Below, in pieces: positions 1 to 11,462 of a stretch of 64,000 nt of DNA (position 1 is the stretch's first letter; the number at the start of each line of letters is the position of its first letter). Made by a program: the position numbers and the translations under genes. The notes beneath the pieces were generated by a model, which was not told the origin of the DNA, made no database searches, and saw nothing but the letters and a program-made list of their open reading frames with translations. The DNA is from Spirochaetia bacterium (GTDB lineage Bacteria; Spirochaetota; Spirochaetia; SZUA-6; Bin103): contig CBDBDQ010000005.1 in the NCBI GenBank assembly GCA_965203905.1, positions 1,664,001-1,728,000 of the forward strand, given 5' to 3'.

Positions 1-1
1 G

Positions 2-1573
<1,572 letters not shown>

Positions 1574-1577
1574 TCCC

Positions 1578-2165
1578 ATGGGTGACCGCTGGCTGCAGCA
1601 TGTCAACGTGAAGTTCCCGGCCGCGGCGGCAAGCGCCGCCGCGGTGGACCTGGCGTTGGCGATTCCGGTGTTCCACCGCTGGATCCAGGAGCAGGCCCTG
1701 CCCGGGCTGCTGGTCGACGTCGCCGACTACCGCCACGTGCCGGAGGGTCCGGGCGTGGTGCTGGTGGCGCACGAGGCGATCTACGGCCTGGACCTCGGAG
1801 GCGGCAGGCTGGGGCTGCTGTACAACCGCCGCACGCGGTTGGACGCGGCGCCGGCCGAGGCGTTGCCGCAGGCGTTCCGGGCGGCCCTGGAGGCGTGCCG
1901 CAAGCTGGAGCAGGAGCCCGAGTTCGGCGGCGCCCTGCGCTTCGAAGGCGGCGCCTGCGAGGTGGTGGTCAACGACCGTGCCCTGGCGCCCAACGACGCC
2001 GCCACCGGCGCCCGCCTGCGCGCCGAGCTGGAGCCACTGCTGGACCGTCTCTGGGGCGGCGCCAGATATACCGTCGAGCCGCTCGGTGAGTCCCGCGACC
2101 GCCTGGGCCTGAGCGCGCGCAGCAGCGCCGCGCACACTGCCGGCGACCTTCTCGAACGCATATAG
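1578..2165 (+). CDS. Conserved hypothetical protein
   Basis: ATG at 1578, 4 nt after the reductase stop. Globular-looking sequence (IPVFHRWIQ, DVADYRHVPEGPGVVLVAHE). Confidence 0.7.
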   Translation: MGDRWLQHVNVKFPAAAASAAAVDLALAIPVFHRWIQEQALPGLLVDVADYRHVPEGPGVVLVAHEAIYGLDLGGGRLGLLYNRRTRLDAAPAEALPQAFRAALEACRKLEQEPEFGGALRFEGGACEVVVNDRALAPNDAATGARLRAELEPLLDRLWGGARYTVEPLGESRDRLGLSARSSAAHTAGDLLERI

Positions 2166-2188
2166 CACTTTCCCAAAAGGAGTAAACC

Positions 2189-3382
2189 ATGGACCTCGTC
2201 GATACCGGATTCGTCCTCATATGTTCTGCCCTCGTCTTCCTGATGACGCCGGGACTCGCCTTCTTCTACGGCGGCCTGGTGGGCCGCCACAACACGCTGA
2301 CCATCATGGCCCAGAACCTGATTGCGCTGGGGCTGGTGAGCGCCGTGTGGATCGTCATCGGTTTCTCGCTCGCCTTCGGGGACACCGTCGGCGGCATCAT
2401 CGGCGACCTCAAGTACTGGCTGTTCCGGATCCCGGTCGACGAGGTGTTCAGCGGGACCACGATCCCGACCTGGACCTTCTTCCTGTTCCAGATGATGTTC
2501 GCGGTGATCACGCCGGCGCTGATCACCGGCGCGTTCGTCGACCGCTTCCGCTTCAGCAGCTACCTGATCTTCATCTGCATCTGGAGCGTGCTGGTGTACT
2601 CGGTGCTGGCGCACTGGGTATGGGGCGGCGGGCTGCTGGCCAAGCTGGGTGCCATCGACTTCGCCGGCGGCACCGTGGTCCACATCTCTGCCGGCATGGC
2701 CGCGCTGGCCACCGTCTCCGTGCTGGGAGCGCGCCACACCCACACCGCCCCGCACGACATTCGCTTCGTGGCGCTGGGCGCCGCGCTGCTGTGGTTCGGC
2801 TGGTTCGGCTTCAACGGCGGCAGCGCGCTGTCGCCCAACGAGATCGCGTCAGTCGCCTTCATCAACACCGACATCTCCGCCTCGACCGCGATGGTCACCT
2901 GGATGCTGCTGTCGTGGCGCCACAAGGGCAAGCCGAGCATCATCGGCGCGCTCACCGGCGCGATCGCGGGCCTCATTGCCGTCACCCCGGCCGCCGGCTT
3001 CGTGACTCCCGGCTGGGCGGCGCTGATCGGCGTGCTGTCCGGCGCGGTGTGCTACGGCGCGGTGATTTTCAAGGAGAAGATGGGCTGGGACGACGCCCTC
3101 GACGTGTGGGCGGTGCATGGCGTGGGCGGCATCCTCGGCTCTATCCTCACCGGCATGTTCGCAACCCCGGAGACGGGCGCCACGGGCCTGGTGTACGGCG
3201 GCGTGGGGCTGTTCTTCGCCAATCTGGCCGCCACGGTGATCAGCGCGGCGTATGCCTTCGGCATGACCTGGCTCATCCTCAAGGTGCTCGGTGCCATCAC
3301 GCGCCTGAAGCCGGAAACCGACGAGCTGGAAGCGGGCCTCGACCTCACCTTCCACGGCGAACGCGCCCTCGACCACGGCTGA
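2189..3382 (+). CDS. amtB: Ammonium transporter (Amt family)
   Basis: AAGGAG RBS; MTPGLAFFYGG, FQMMFA, DFAGGTVVH, WFGWFGFNGGS, DDALDVWAVHGVGG with both conserved His; multiple TM helices. Confidence 0.97.
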   Translation: MDLVDTGFVLICSALVFLMTPGLAFFYGGLVGRHNTLTIMAQNLIALGLVSAVWIVIGFSLAFGDTVGGIIGDLKYWLFRIPVDEVFSGTTIPTWTFFLFQMMFAVITPALITGAFVDRFRFSSYLIFICIWSVLVYSVLAHWVWGGGLLAKLGAIDFAGGTVVHISAGMAALATVSVLGARHTHTAPHDIRFVALGAALLWFGWFGFNGGSALSPNEIASVAFINTDISASTAMVTWMLLSWRHKGKPSIIGALTGAIAGLIAVTPAAGFVTPGWAALIGVLSGAVCYGAVIFKEKMGWDDALDVWAVHGVGGILGSILTGMFATPETGATGLVYGGVGLFFANLAATVISAAYAFGMTWLILKVLGAITRLKPETDELEAGLDLTFHGERALDHG

Positions 3383-3483
3383 CCTGACGTAATGGCGCGA
3401 CCCGGACACGGCCGCGCCATTATGTCGCCGGCAGCGCGCGAGGGGCAGGCGCGCCGCCGGCGTGGGCGTAGTTGGAGCGTAAC

Positions 3484-3783
3484 TCAGCGTCCGGCGTCTC
3501 GAGAACGCGTGCGCCGCGCCTCCTTGATCTCCTGATCGATGTCTGAGTTGGTCAACCCTACCGTGCCGGCAGCGCGAGACTGTGACCGAATCTCTCGCAC
3601 TGCCCGGGGCGCTCGCGCGAACACCAGTTCCTGAATGTCCTCCAGCAACGTGGCGTCGCTCGTCGGGATCATGATGCTGCGCGGCAGTCCGTCCTCGGTG
3701 ATCACGACGACGCCTTCCCGCTCAAGGTCCTCCCAGACCCTTCCAGGTCGGGCGGCGAGTGTGCGCCAAGCGATCATCCTCAT
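3484..3783 (-). CDS. Phd/YefM-like antitoxin (orphan)
   Basis: MRMIAWRTL...VVITEDGLPRSIM resembles the Phd N-terminal domain. No toxin ORF follows. Confidence 0.6.
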   Translation of the reverse strand: MRMIAWRTLAARPGRVWEDLEREGVVVITEDGLPRSIMIPTSDATLLEDIQELVFARAPRAVREIRSQSRAAGTVGLTNSDIDQEIKEARRTRSRDAGR

Positions 3784-3973
3784 GTGCTCTACCACTAAGC
3801 AACGAGTCGTCGAGCGTCAAGCAGTTCTGCTGTAACCGCGACGTTGAGCCCTGGGCACTCGGGTTCGGACAACTTCGAGGCTGGGCATGTTTCGTTCTTG
3901 GCGGTCACAGATCAACAGTTGACTACAAATGGGTTGGCAACTAAATTGTAGCCAACAGAACTGTGTGGAGGAA

Positions 3974-5233
3974 GTGTTGAGGAAGGCCGGAGGCAACTGG
4001 GTCGACGGAGAACGGTTCTTCGATCGAGAGGCAGAGGTGGAGGCGCTCATTGAGCGTGTCCATGACGGTCTGCACACGCTGCTGACCGCGCAGCGCAGGA
4101 TGGGCAAGACCAGCCTCGTGCGCGAGACGCTGCGCCGGCTCGGGGAGAAAGGCGAGATTGAACCGCTGTTCGTCGATCTGGAGGACGCCATGGTCCCCGA
4201 GGACGCCGTTGCCGAGATCGCGGCGCGCACTCTCTCGGCCCAGGGAGGTTGGCTCCCTATCAAGCGCTCGTTCGCCAACTTCCTGGAGCAGGCTGGGCGT
4301 CAAATCGAAGAACTGGGATTCGCCGACCTGAAGGTGAGGTTACGGGGCGGAGTCGACGGCGGCAACTGGAAGCAGCGAGGCGACGCGGTGTTCGCGGCGC
4401 TGGCTGACCATGACAAACCTGTCGTGCTCGCTATTGATGAGCTGCCAATCCTGATCAATCGCGTGCTCAAGGGTCCGGACTATCGGCTCACCCCGGAGCG
4501 GAAGCTGGTGGCGGACGAGTTCCTGGGCTGGTTGCGCAAGGCGGCGCAGGCGCACCGCACCATATGCCTGATCATCTCGGGCAGCGTCAGCCTGGAGCCG
4601 ATCCTGCGGCAGGCGGGACTCAGCGCCCACGCCAACGTCTACTCACCCTTCGAGTTGAAGCCATGGACCGAGACAACTGCGGCGAGCTGTCTGGCGGAGC
4701 TGGCGACCAGTTACCAGATCGACCTGCCCGAGGGCGTACGGCGGCACATGTGCCGGATGCTGCGCTGCTGCATTCCGCATCACGTCCAGCAGTTCTTCGA
4801 CTATCTCCACGAAGAGCTGCGTCGACTCGGCAGACGTACCGCCACGTCGGCAGACGCGGACCGGGTGTATGAGGCCGACATGCTCGGGACTCGCGGGACG
4901 ATCGATCTCGATCACTACCAGAGCCGGCTGGCGATGGTGCTGGGGAGAGACGGTCAGCGGATCGCCATCGAGCTGCTGACCGAGGCCGCGGTCAACCGGG
5001 GCGTGCTCACCGCAGAGTCGATTGCCCAGTATGAACGGTACTTCCGGGTCTCGGGCGAAATCAACCTGACGCCTGTCTCGGATGTCCTGCGATTGCTGGA
5101 ACACGACGGCTACTTGGCCAGAACTCCGGACGGCTACGAGTTCGTGTCCCGCCTGGTGGGTGATTGGTGGCGCGCCCGTTTCGGTATGAACTTCGTGCCG
5201 ATTGGCCGTCGCAAGCTTGACGTCGAGGATTGA
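3974..5233 (+). CDS. P-loop ATPase (STAND/AAA-like)
   Basis: GGAGGA RBS before GTG; FFDRE N-terminal motif, Walker A AQRRMGKT, Walker B VLAIDE, ISGS sensor. Confidence 0.85.
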   Translation: MLRKAGGNWVDGERFFDREAEVEALIERVHDGLHTLLTAQRRMGKTSLVRETLRRLGEKGEIEPLFVDLEDAMVPEDAVAEIAARTLSAQGGWLPIKRSFANFLEQAGRQIEELGFADLKVRLRGGVDGGNWKQRGDAVFAALADHDKPVVLAIDELPILINRVLKGPDYRLTPERKLVADEFLGWLRKAAQAHRTICLIISGSVSLEPILRQAGLSAHANVYSPFELKPWTETTAASCLAELATSYQIDLPEGVRRHMCRMLRCCIPHHVQQFFDYLHEELRRLGRRTATSADADRVYEADMLGTRGTIDLDHYQSRLAMVLGRDGQRIAIELLTEAAVNRGVLTAESIAQYERYFRVSGEINLTPVSDVLRLLEHDGYLARTPDGYEFVSRLVGDWWRARFGMNFVPIGRRKLDVED

Positions 5234-5237
5234 TAGC

Positions 5238-7667
5238 GTGCCTGCCAGGAAGTATAACCCGGGATTTCTGACCGACGACGAGCTGGTCACAACATTCTGT
5301 GTCCGTACCAGCGAGTTCGAGTCTATTGCCGAGACGCTGCGGGAGAACATCGGTAGCTCGAATCAACATCTCCTCGTTATCGGTCCGCGTGGTAGTGGCA
5401 AAACCAGTCTGCTGCTGCGAGTGGCTGTCGAGGTGCGCCGCAACAGAGCCCTTTCATCCCGCCTGTTCCCGATCACGTTTGCAGAGGAAAGCTATGAGGT
5501 CGGCACGTGCGGAGAGTTCTGGCTGGAATCCCTTTATCGTCTCGCTCGGCAAGCCCCTCAAACAGAGTCGGCGGCCAACCTGTTTCGCACTTGGAAAGAT
5601 CTACGCGCAGTGCAGGATGACCAGTCCCTCGCCGCGCGCTGTCTCGGAGCGTTGCTCGATTTTTCGGACCACATTAGCAAGCGGCTCGTGATCCTGGTGG
5701 AGAATCTTAACATGATGCTGGGAGACATGATGGACCGCGATGCAGGCTGGCGGCTCAGAAAAACGCTCCAGACCGAACCCAGGATCATCCTGCTGGGAAG
5801 TGCGACCAGCCGATTCGCCGAGATCGACCGCCCCGACCAAGCCTTGTATGACCTCTTCCGCGTGATCACCCTGCGTCCTCTGAACACGACCGAATGCGGG
5901 CTGCTCTGGAAGTCCATTTCCGGAGATAGTACACCAGATGGGAAGATACGGTCTCTTGAGATCCTTACCGGTGGGAGCCCGCGTCTCATCGCGATCGTCG
6001 CTCAATTCGGTGCAGGGCGCCCGTTCCATGAGCTCATGGACGACCTGCTTGAGCTCATCGACGAACACACCGAGTACTTCAAGAGCCATCTCGACTCCCT
6101 GCCGCACCAGGAGCGGCGCATTTACCTGGCACTTGCCGACCTCTGGAAGCCAGCAACTACCCGAGAAATCGCTGACCGTACGCGTCTGAGTTCAAGCACC
6201 TGCAGCGCGCAACTAAAGAGGCTGATCTATCGCGGGGTGGTCACCGAGGAGGGCGGGACTCCCCGGCGCAAGCAGTACTACCTCGTCGAGCGTCTGTACA
6301 ATATCTACTACCTGCTCCGGCGAGGAGGGACTGATGGCGTCGTCCGCGCGCTCATCCGGTTCATGGCTTCACTCTACTCGCAGTCTGATCTAATGAGACT
6401 GGATGACAGGCTCTCGGCCGAAGCTAGGCAAGCTGACCAGAGCCTTAAGGCACTATATCAGAGGGCGCTCGCTCAGTTGAGACTACTGCCGGAGATCCAC
6501 GCAGGGTTTCTCCACGATGCTACTAAACTTGCGGATCATGTACTCGATTACGCGACCATGTATGACGAACTCTTCGAACGCGGCCGTTTTCAAGCCTCTC
6601 TTGAAGCGTGTGACGATATTCTGAATCGAGTAGGCCCTGGGGAATTTTTTCCCCTCCGTGACTTCGTCGCTACCGTACTCTTGATAAAGGGCTACTCGCT
6701 ACGGCTACTGAACCGCCCGCTTGATGCATTGGAGGTTTATGACGAGGCGATCAGGCGGTTTGAGAAGTCCGAGATGCCGAGGACTGTCGCATCGATTGCC
6801 AACGCTATGGTTAACAAAGGGGCCGCGCTCAATCAGTTGAATAGGCCGAGAGATGCGATGAAGCTGTATGACGATATGCTGCTACGGTTCGGCGCCATTC
6901 GCGATCGAGCAGTCCAAGGGAGCGTCGAAACGGCACTGGTGAACAAGGGCATTACACTAGGCCGATTGGGTCGCCCGGAGGACGCAGTGGTAGTATTCGA
7001 TGAAGTGGCGAGCAGGTTCGGGGACAGTGCGCAGGCTGCGAAGGCAATGGCGAACAAAGGTGTCGCACTCACACGCTTGCGACGAGAATCGGATGCTCTG
7101 GTGACATATGATGACATGATCAAGCGTTTCGGGTGGCGCACAGATTCGGAGACGGTCGAGTACGTAGCGCTGGGATTGTTGAACAAGGCCATGACACTGA
7201 GCGAACTGAATCGAACCAGGGAGTCGCTTGAGATCTACGATGGACTAGCTAGACAGTTCCGGAGTAGCCCCATAGTCGAATTGAGGAATACTGCAACGAA
7301 GGCGATCGTGAATAGGGCGGTGCTCAACACCGGGTATGGTCTGGTGACCGACAAGGCTGTCTACGAACGTGATCTAAAGACGATTCTCCCGACTCTTCCA
7401 ACGATTGATAGTCTGCCGGACTCTGCCATACGAGCTCTGGCGGTGTTCAGCGTCCACCTCGGGCCGGCGCGCACCCTGGAGTTGATTCAGCACTCGCCGG
7501 CGGCGGAGTCGCTGCTTCCACTAGTCACGGCATTGGAGCAGGAAGTGGGGCTCAAGCCTCGAGTTGCGCGGGAAGTGAACGAGGTCGCCAAGGACATCCG
7601 TAAGGAGTTGGCCAATTTGAGAACGCTCGTGCCGCTGCCCAACACGGAACCGACTGTCCATACTTGA
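5238..7667 (+). CDS. ATPase + winged-helix + TPR-repeat protein
   Basis: Walker A GPRGSGKT, atypical Walker B ILVEN, TGGSPRL, wHTH (TREIADRTRLSSSTCSAQLKRL), then repeated A..NKG..L..L.R..DA...YD....RF TPR units. Confidence 0.85.
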   Translation: MPARKYNPGFLTDDELVTTFCVRTSEFESIAETLRENIGSSNQHLLVIGPRGSGKTSLLLRVAVEVRRNRALSSRLFPITFAEESYEVGTCGEFWLESLYRLARQAPQTESAANLFRTWKDLRAVQDDQSLAARCLGALLDFSDHISKRLVILVENLNMMLGDMMDRDAGWRLRKTLQTEPRIILLGSATSRFAEIDRPDQALYDLFRVITLRPLNTTECGLLWKSISGDSTPDGKIRSLEILTGGSPRLIAIVAQFGAGRPFHELMDDLLELIDEHTEYFKSHLDSLPHQERRIYLALADLWKPATTREIADRTRLSSSTCSAQLKRLIYRGVVTEEGGTPRRKQYYLVERLYNIYYLLRRGGTDGVVRALIRFMASLYSQSDLMRLDDRLSAEARQADQSLKALYQRALAQLRLLPEIHAGFLHDATKLADHVLDYATMYDELFERGRFQASLEACDDILNRVGPGEFFPLRDFVATVLLIKGYSLRLLNRPLDALEVYDEAIRRFEKSEMPRTVASIANAMVNKGAALNQLNRPRDAMKLYDDMLLRFGAIRDRAVQGSVETALVNKGITLGRLGRPEDAVVVFDEVASRFGDSAQAAKAMANKGVALTRLRRESDALVTYDDMIKRFGWRTDSETVEYVALGLLNKAMTLSELNRTRESLEIYDGLARQFRSSPIVELRNTATKAIVNRAVLNTGYGLVTDKAVYERDLKTILPTLPTIDSLPDSAIRALAVFSVHLGPARTLELIQHSPAAESLLPLVTALEQEVGLKPRVAREVNEVAKDIRKELANLRTLVPLPNTEPTVHT

Positions 7668-7740
7668 TCCGGAGTGCAGAGGAAGACGACCTCTGCGATG
7701 CCGTCAACGGCGGCGCCCCTTCTCACTCACGTCATGATCA

Positions 7741-8967
7741 TCAGGGGATCGTGAGGAGCAGTTCGGTGAGGCCGCGGATGACGAAGGTGGGGTGGTAGAC
7801 GGGATCGGCGGCCAGTTCGATGTCGGGGAAGCTGGTTACCAGGTCGGCCAGGGCGACGGCGAGCTCGTGGCGGGCGAGGGGGGCGCCGACGCAGAAGTGG
7901 ATGCCGCCGCCGAAGCCAATGTGGGTCGGGTCACCGCGCGCCACGTCGAAGCGGTCGGGGTGGTCGAAGCGGCGCGGGTCGCGCTGGGCGGAGCCGAACA
8001 GCATGGCCACCTGCTCGCCCGCGGCCAGCGGCTGACCGGCGATCTCCACGCCGGGCTCCAGCACCCAGCGAGCGAACATCTGCAGCGGGGAGTCCCAGCG
8101 CAGCAGTTCCTCGACCGCGGTGGCGGCATCCATCTCGCCGGCGACCAAGCGCCGCCACTGGTCGCGGTGGGTCAGCAGCGCCTTCATCCCGTTGCCCATG
8201 GTGTTGACGGTCGCCTCGTGGCCCGCCTCCAGCAGCACCATCGTGGTGGACACGATCTCGTCGTCGCTGAGCCGCTCGTCATCCTCGGAGACCTCGGCGA
8301 GTCGCGAGACCAGCCGCTCGTCCGGTGAGCGCCGCTTGTCGGCGATCAGCTCCCGCGTGTAGTCGATGAACTCACCGGCCGCCGCATTGGCCCGTGACTT
8401 CAACTCGTCGGACGCCGACAGCTCGTACATCTTGACGATGGCGTGCGACCAGTCCAGCAGACGCGGCGTGTCGGCGCGCGGCACGCCCAGCACCTCGCCG
8501 ACCACCGCCACCGAGTAGCGCTGGGCGTAGTCGGCGAGCAGGTCGAACGTGCCCATCTCGCGGCAGCGCTCGATCAGCTCCCGGGACAGCTCGGCGATCA
8601 CCGGACCGATCCGGGTCACCGAACGGGAAGTAAACACCTTGGAGACCAGCTTGCGGATGCGGGTGTGGTCGGGCGGTTCCAGGCTCAGCAGCGACCAGCG
8701 CTCGTGCTGGTGGAACGAGGCCCAGCGCGGGTCGGGCTCCGGTTGGCCCAGATCGGCATGGCGGAACCGGTGGTGGTAGATGCGGCCCAGGCGGCGGTCG
8801 CGCAGCGTCTCGTCCACGTCGGCGAAGCGCGTCAGCATCCACTGCCCGGTCTGCTCGTTGCGAAAGATCGGCGTCGCCTCCCGCACCCGCCCCAGCGCCG
8901 GATAGGGATCGGCCAGGAACCCGGGATCATAGAAGTCCAGCTCCGACGCCGGATCCGTCATCGCCAT
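7741..8967 (-). CDS. Cytochrome P450
   Basis: I-helix AGHEAT, ExxR (EELLR), heme ligand FGGGIHFCVG; GGAG RBS upstream of the 8967 start. Confidence 0.95.
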   Translation of the reverse strand: MAMTDPASELDFYDPGFLADPYPALGRVREATPIFRNEQTGQWMLTRFADVDETLRDRRLGRIYHHRFRHADLGQPEPDPRWASFHQHERWSLLSLEPPDHTRIRKLVSKVFTSRSVTRIGPVIAELSRELIERCREMGTFDLLADYAQRYSVAVVGEVLGVPRADTPRLLDWSHAIVKMYELSASDELKSRANAAAGEFIDYTRELIADKRRSPDERLVSRLAEVSEDDERLSDDEIVSTTMVLLEAGHEATVNTMGNGMKALLTHRDQWRRLVAGEMDAATAVEELLRWDSPLQMFARWVLEPGVEIAGQPLAAGEQVAMLFGSAQRDPRRFDHPDRFDVARGDPTHIGFGGGIHFCVGAPLARHELAVALADLVTSFPDIELAADPVYHPTFVIRGLTELLLTIP

Positions 8968-9000
8968 CAACCGACTCCTGTGGTATCGTAGCCATCGTCG

Positions 9001-9285
9001 ATGCTGGTCTACAAGGCGATGTACAAGTTCCTGGACCAGGGAGTCCATGCGGAGGTCCTGGACTTTCCGGGAGTCATCAGTTGGGGGCCTGACCTGAACG
9101 AAGCGCGTCAATTGCTGTCGAGTGCCCTGGTAGACATGGCTGAACTCAACCTCGAACGGGGTGAACCGTTGCCGCAGGCGAATGCCGCCGCCACCGATCC
9201 CGACTCAGACCTGGAAGAACCGATCTACCTCCTGCTGCAAGCTACGTCACGGGTGACCGTGGTTGCTCAGAACGCTTCGTCTTGA
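9001..9285 (+). CDS. hicB: HicB-family antitoxin
   Basis: DFPGVISWGPDLNEARQLL...GEPLP is the HicB RNase-H-like signature. Confidence 0.8.
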   Translation: MLVYKAMYKFLDQGVHAEVLDFPGVISWGPDLNEARQLLSSALVDMAELNLERGEPLPQANAAATDPDSDLEEPIYLLLQATSRVTVVAQNASS

Positions 9286-9354
9286 AGCGGAGGGACCTTC
9301 TTCGGCATCTGCGCCCTTCACGACTGTCAATTCGTTCGTGAGGGTAGTGCCCGC
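9282..9354 (+). pseudogene. hicA: HicA toxin remnant (frameshifted, truncated)
   Basis: TTG overlaps the hicB stop and reads MKRRDLLRHLR; after a 1-nt shift it reads LHDCQFVREGSAR. Similarity ends where the catalytic His should be; compare the intact HicA at 53152-53349 (MKRRDLIRE...VRHGAKH). Confidence 0.7.
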
Positions 9355-9501
9355 TTCGGCGGCGGCGAACCGTTGCGCGGCGCGGTCGCAGAGTTGCAGC
9401 GCCGCCTGTACGTCGCCTGAAACCGACGACCGGCACCGGCACTTGTGCCGCGCCTAGCTCCGTGCTATATATAGAGAGTATAGAGCGGTAAGGGGAGGAT
9501 C

Positions 9502-9741
9502 ATGGCGACTGGGTCGGTGTTCGAGAACAATCGCACCCAGGCGGTGCGTATTCCCGCTGAGATGCGGTTTGCCGCCGGGGTCAGGAAGGTGACCGTGCGT
9601 GCGGTAGGTCCCGACCGCGTGTTGTCACCGATCGGCCACTCCTGGGATACCTTCTTCCTGGGAGGCACGGCGGCAACCGATGACGTGCGCATTCGACGCG
9701 GCGACCAGGGACCGCCGGAGGAGCGTGAGCCGCTCGCATGA
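9502..9741 (+). CDS. vapB: VapB antitoxin (AbrB/MazE fold)
   Basis: SVFENNRTQAVRIP motif; GGGGAGG RBS; ATGA overlap with the toxin gene. Confidence 0.9.
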   Translation: MATGSVFENNRTQAVRIPAEMRFAAGVRKVTVRAVGPDRVLSPIGHSWDTFFLGGTAATDDVRIRRGDQGPPEEREPLA

Positions 9742-10136
9742 ACCGCTTCATGCTCGATACCGACCTGTCGATCTACGTCATCAACCGCCGGCCGCGGGAG
9801 GCGCTCGATACGTTCAACGCTCATGCGGGAGCGATCTGCATCAGCGCGATCACCCTCGCCGAACTGCTGCATGGCGCGGAGAAGAGCGGAAACCCGGTCA
9901 GGACGCGGCGGCGGGTGGAGGACTTCACGTCCCGGCTCAGCGTCGTGGAGTACGGCGCGCGCGCGGCCGCCCACTACGGGGAGATCAAGACCGATCTCGA
10001 ACGCCGAGGCTCGGTAATCGGTCCCAACGACCTGCACATCGCGGCTCACGCCCGCAGCGAAGCGTTGACGCTGGTGACCAGCAACCAGCGCGAGTTCGAC
10101 CGCGTCGACGGCCTGCGCACCGCCCGTTGGGTGTGA
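9738..10136 (+). CDS. vapC: VapC PIN-domain toxin
   Basis: MLDTD, ISAITLAEL, IGPNDLHIAAHA, LVTSNQREF. Confidence 0.93.
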   Translation: MNRFMLDTDLSIYVINRRPREALDTFNAHAGAICISAITLAELLHGAEKSGNPVRTRRRVEDFTSRLSVVEYGARAAAHYGEIKTDLERRGSVIGPNDLHIAAHARSEALTLVTSNQREFDRVDGLRTARWV

Positions 10137-10158
10137 GCGCGTTTCGTGAGGGAGTAGC

Positions 10159-10227
10159 GTGGCAATCAGATACGTTACGGGCGATCTGTTGGCGGCGGAC
10201 ATCGAGGCGTTGGTCACCGGTGGCTGA
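10159..10227 (+). pseudogene. Macrodomain (DarG-like) N-terminal remnant
   Basis: GGGAG RBS, then GTG-AIRYVTGDLLAADIEALV, matching the start of DarG/macro domains (I.Y..GDLL.AD.EALVN); ends after 22 residues. Confidence 0.55.
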
Positions 10228-11428
10228 TCCCATCCTGCGCCGCCTGGTGTTGCAGCGCTTTCGCAGTCTGGCCAAGGAGCAGGTAGAGTTTGACAACCCG
10301 GCGTTCCTGGTCGGTCAGAACGGCTCCGGAAAGAGCAACTTCGCCGATGCAATCGCGTTCCTTGCGGAAGCGATGGCGTCCCCGCTGCAAGCCGTACTTG
10401 AGCATCGTGGGGGATTCTCTGCGGTCAGTCATCGAGGCTCCGCGAGAGGCCGCCCGTCCAACCTGGGCTTGGGGGTAGTCCTCGACCATCCGGACGCCGA
10501 CTCGACCTGTGCTCGATATGGCGTCGAGTTGCGCCCGGTTTCCGGCTATGGCTTCCAGGTCGTACGAGAGCAGTGCGTGGTGATGCGGCCGGATGGAGCG
10601 AGCGACTGGTTCGACCGGCGTACCATCAACGGCTCGATTGGGTGGAACACCAGCGCTCGGTCTCTTGATCCGGTCGTGGAACCGAATGCGCTGGCGCTTC
10701 CACTGGTAGGTGGAGACGCGCGCTTTCGCCCGGTTCTGCGCTTTCTGGCGGATATGCGCACGTGTCGGATCGAACCGGCAGCGGTACGCGCCCTGCAGGA
10801 TCCGGACGGTGGCGTGCGGCTGCAAGCCGACGGCAGCAACGCCGCCAGCGTTCTCCGCGAGATCCAACGCAAGTCGGCTGCAGATTGGGAACGAATCGGC
10901 GAGCTACTCGAGAGTGTCGTCCCCGGGACCGTCGGCATCCGCCTCAAGCGGCACGGCAACAAGCTTACGCTGGCGTTCAGTCAGGACTGGGGGAAGCCGG
11001 CTCCGGTGACGTTCGAGGCATTCAACATGTCCGACGGCACGCTCCGGGTGCTGGGGATGCTGGCAGCAGTCTTTCAACGGCCGGCTCCGTCGTTGATCGT
11101 AATCGAGGAACCGGATGCCACCGTCCATCCGGGAGCCATAGGCGCGATTCTCGACGTATTGCGGCATGCGAGGCGCTTCATGCAGGTCGTAGCGACCACC
11201 CACAGTCCCGATGTGCTCGATGCCAAGTGGCTGCAGGATCGACACCTCCGCATCGCGAGTTGGGAGAACGGCACGACACGGATTCGCGCCGTCTCACCGT
11301 CAGTAACTGTAGCCCTGCGCGAACACCTGATGGGGCCTGGGGAGTTGCTCCGGGCCAATGCCATGATCGCAGCCGAAGCGTCCGAGCCGAGCAAGAGACC
11401 GTTCGCGTTATTCGCCGAGGTCACTTGA
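10220..11428 (+). CDS. ABC-type (AAA_21/AAA_15-like) ATPase
   Basis: LQRFRSL, Walker A GQNGSGKS, signature MSDGTLR, Walker B IEEPD, TTHSP. Confidence 0.88.
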   Translation: MADPILRRLVLQRFRSLAKEQVEFDNPAFLVGQNGSGKSNFADAIAFLAEAMASPLQAVLEHRGGFSAVSHRGSARGRPSNLGLGVVLDHPDADSTCARYGVELRPVSGYGFQVVREQCVVMRPDGASDWFDRRTINGSIGWNTSARSLDPVVEPNALALPLVGGDARFRPVLRFLADMRTCRIEPAAVRALQDPDGGVRLQADGSNAASVLREIQRKSAADWERIGELLESVVPGTVGIRLKRHGNKLTLAFSQDWGKPAPVTFEAFNMSDGTLRVLGMLAAVFQRPAPSLIVIEEPDATVHPGAIGAILDVLRHARRFMQVVATTHSPDVLDAKWLQDRHLRIASWENGTTRIRAVSPSVTVALREHLMGPGELLRANAMIAAEASEPSKRPFALFAEVT

Positions 11429-11462
11429 GAGCTTACGTCGCAATGCGATACCGGAGGATCGG

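Noticed and set aside
6700-7260. Repetitive AACAA(A/G)GG pattern
   Set aside because: Explained by TPR coding repeats (NKG); not a DNA-level array.
9680-11428. 582-aa ORF suggesting a VapC-ATPase fusion
   Set aside because: The upstream part is an off-frame read-through of vapBC; the ATPase begins at about 10220.
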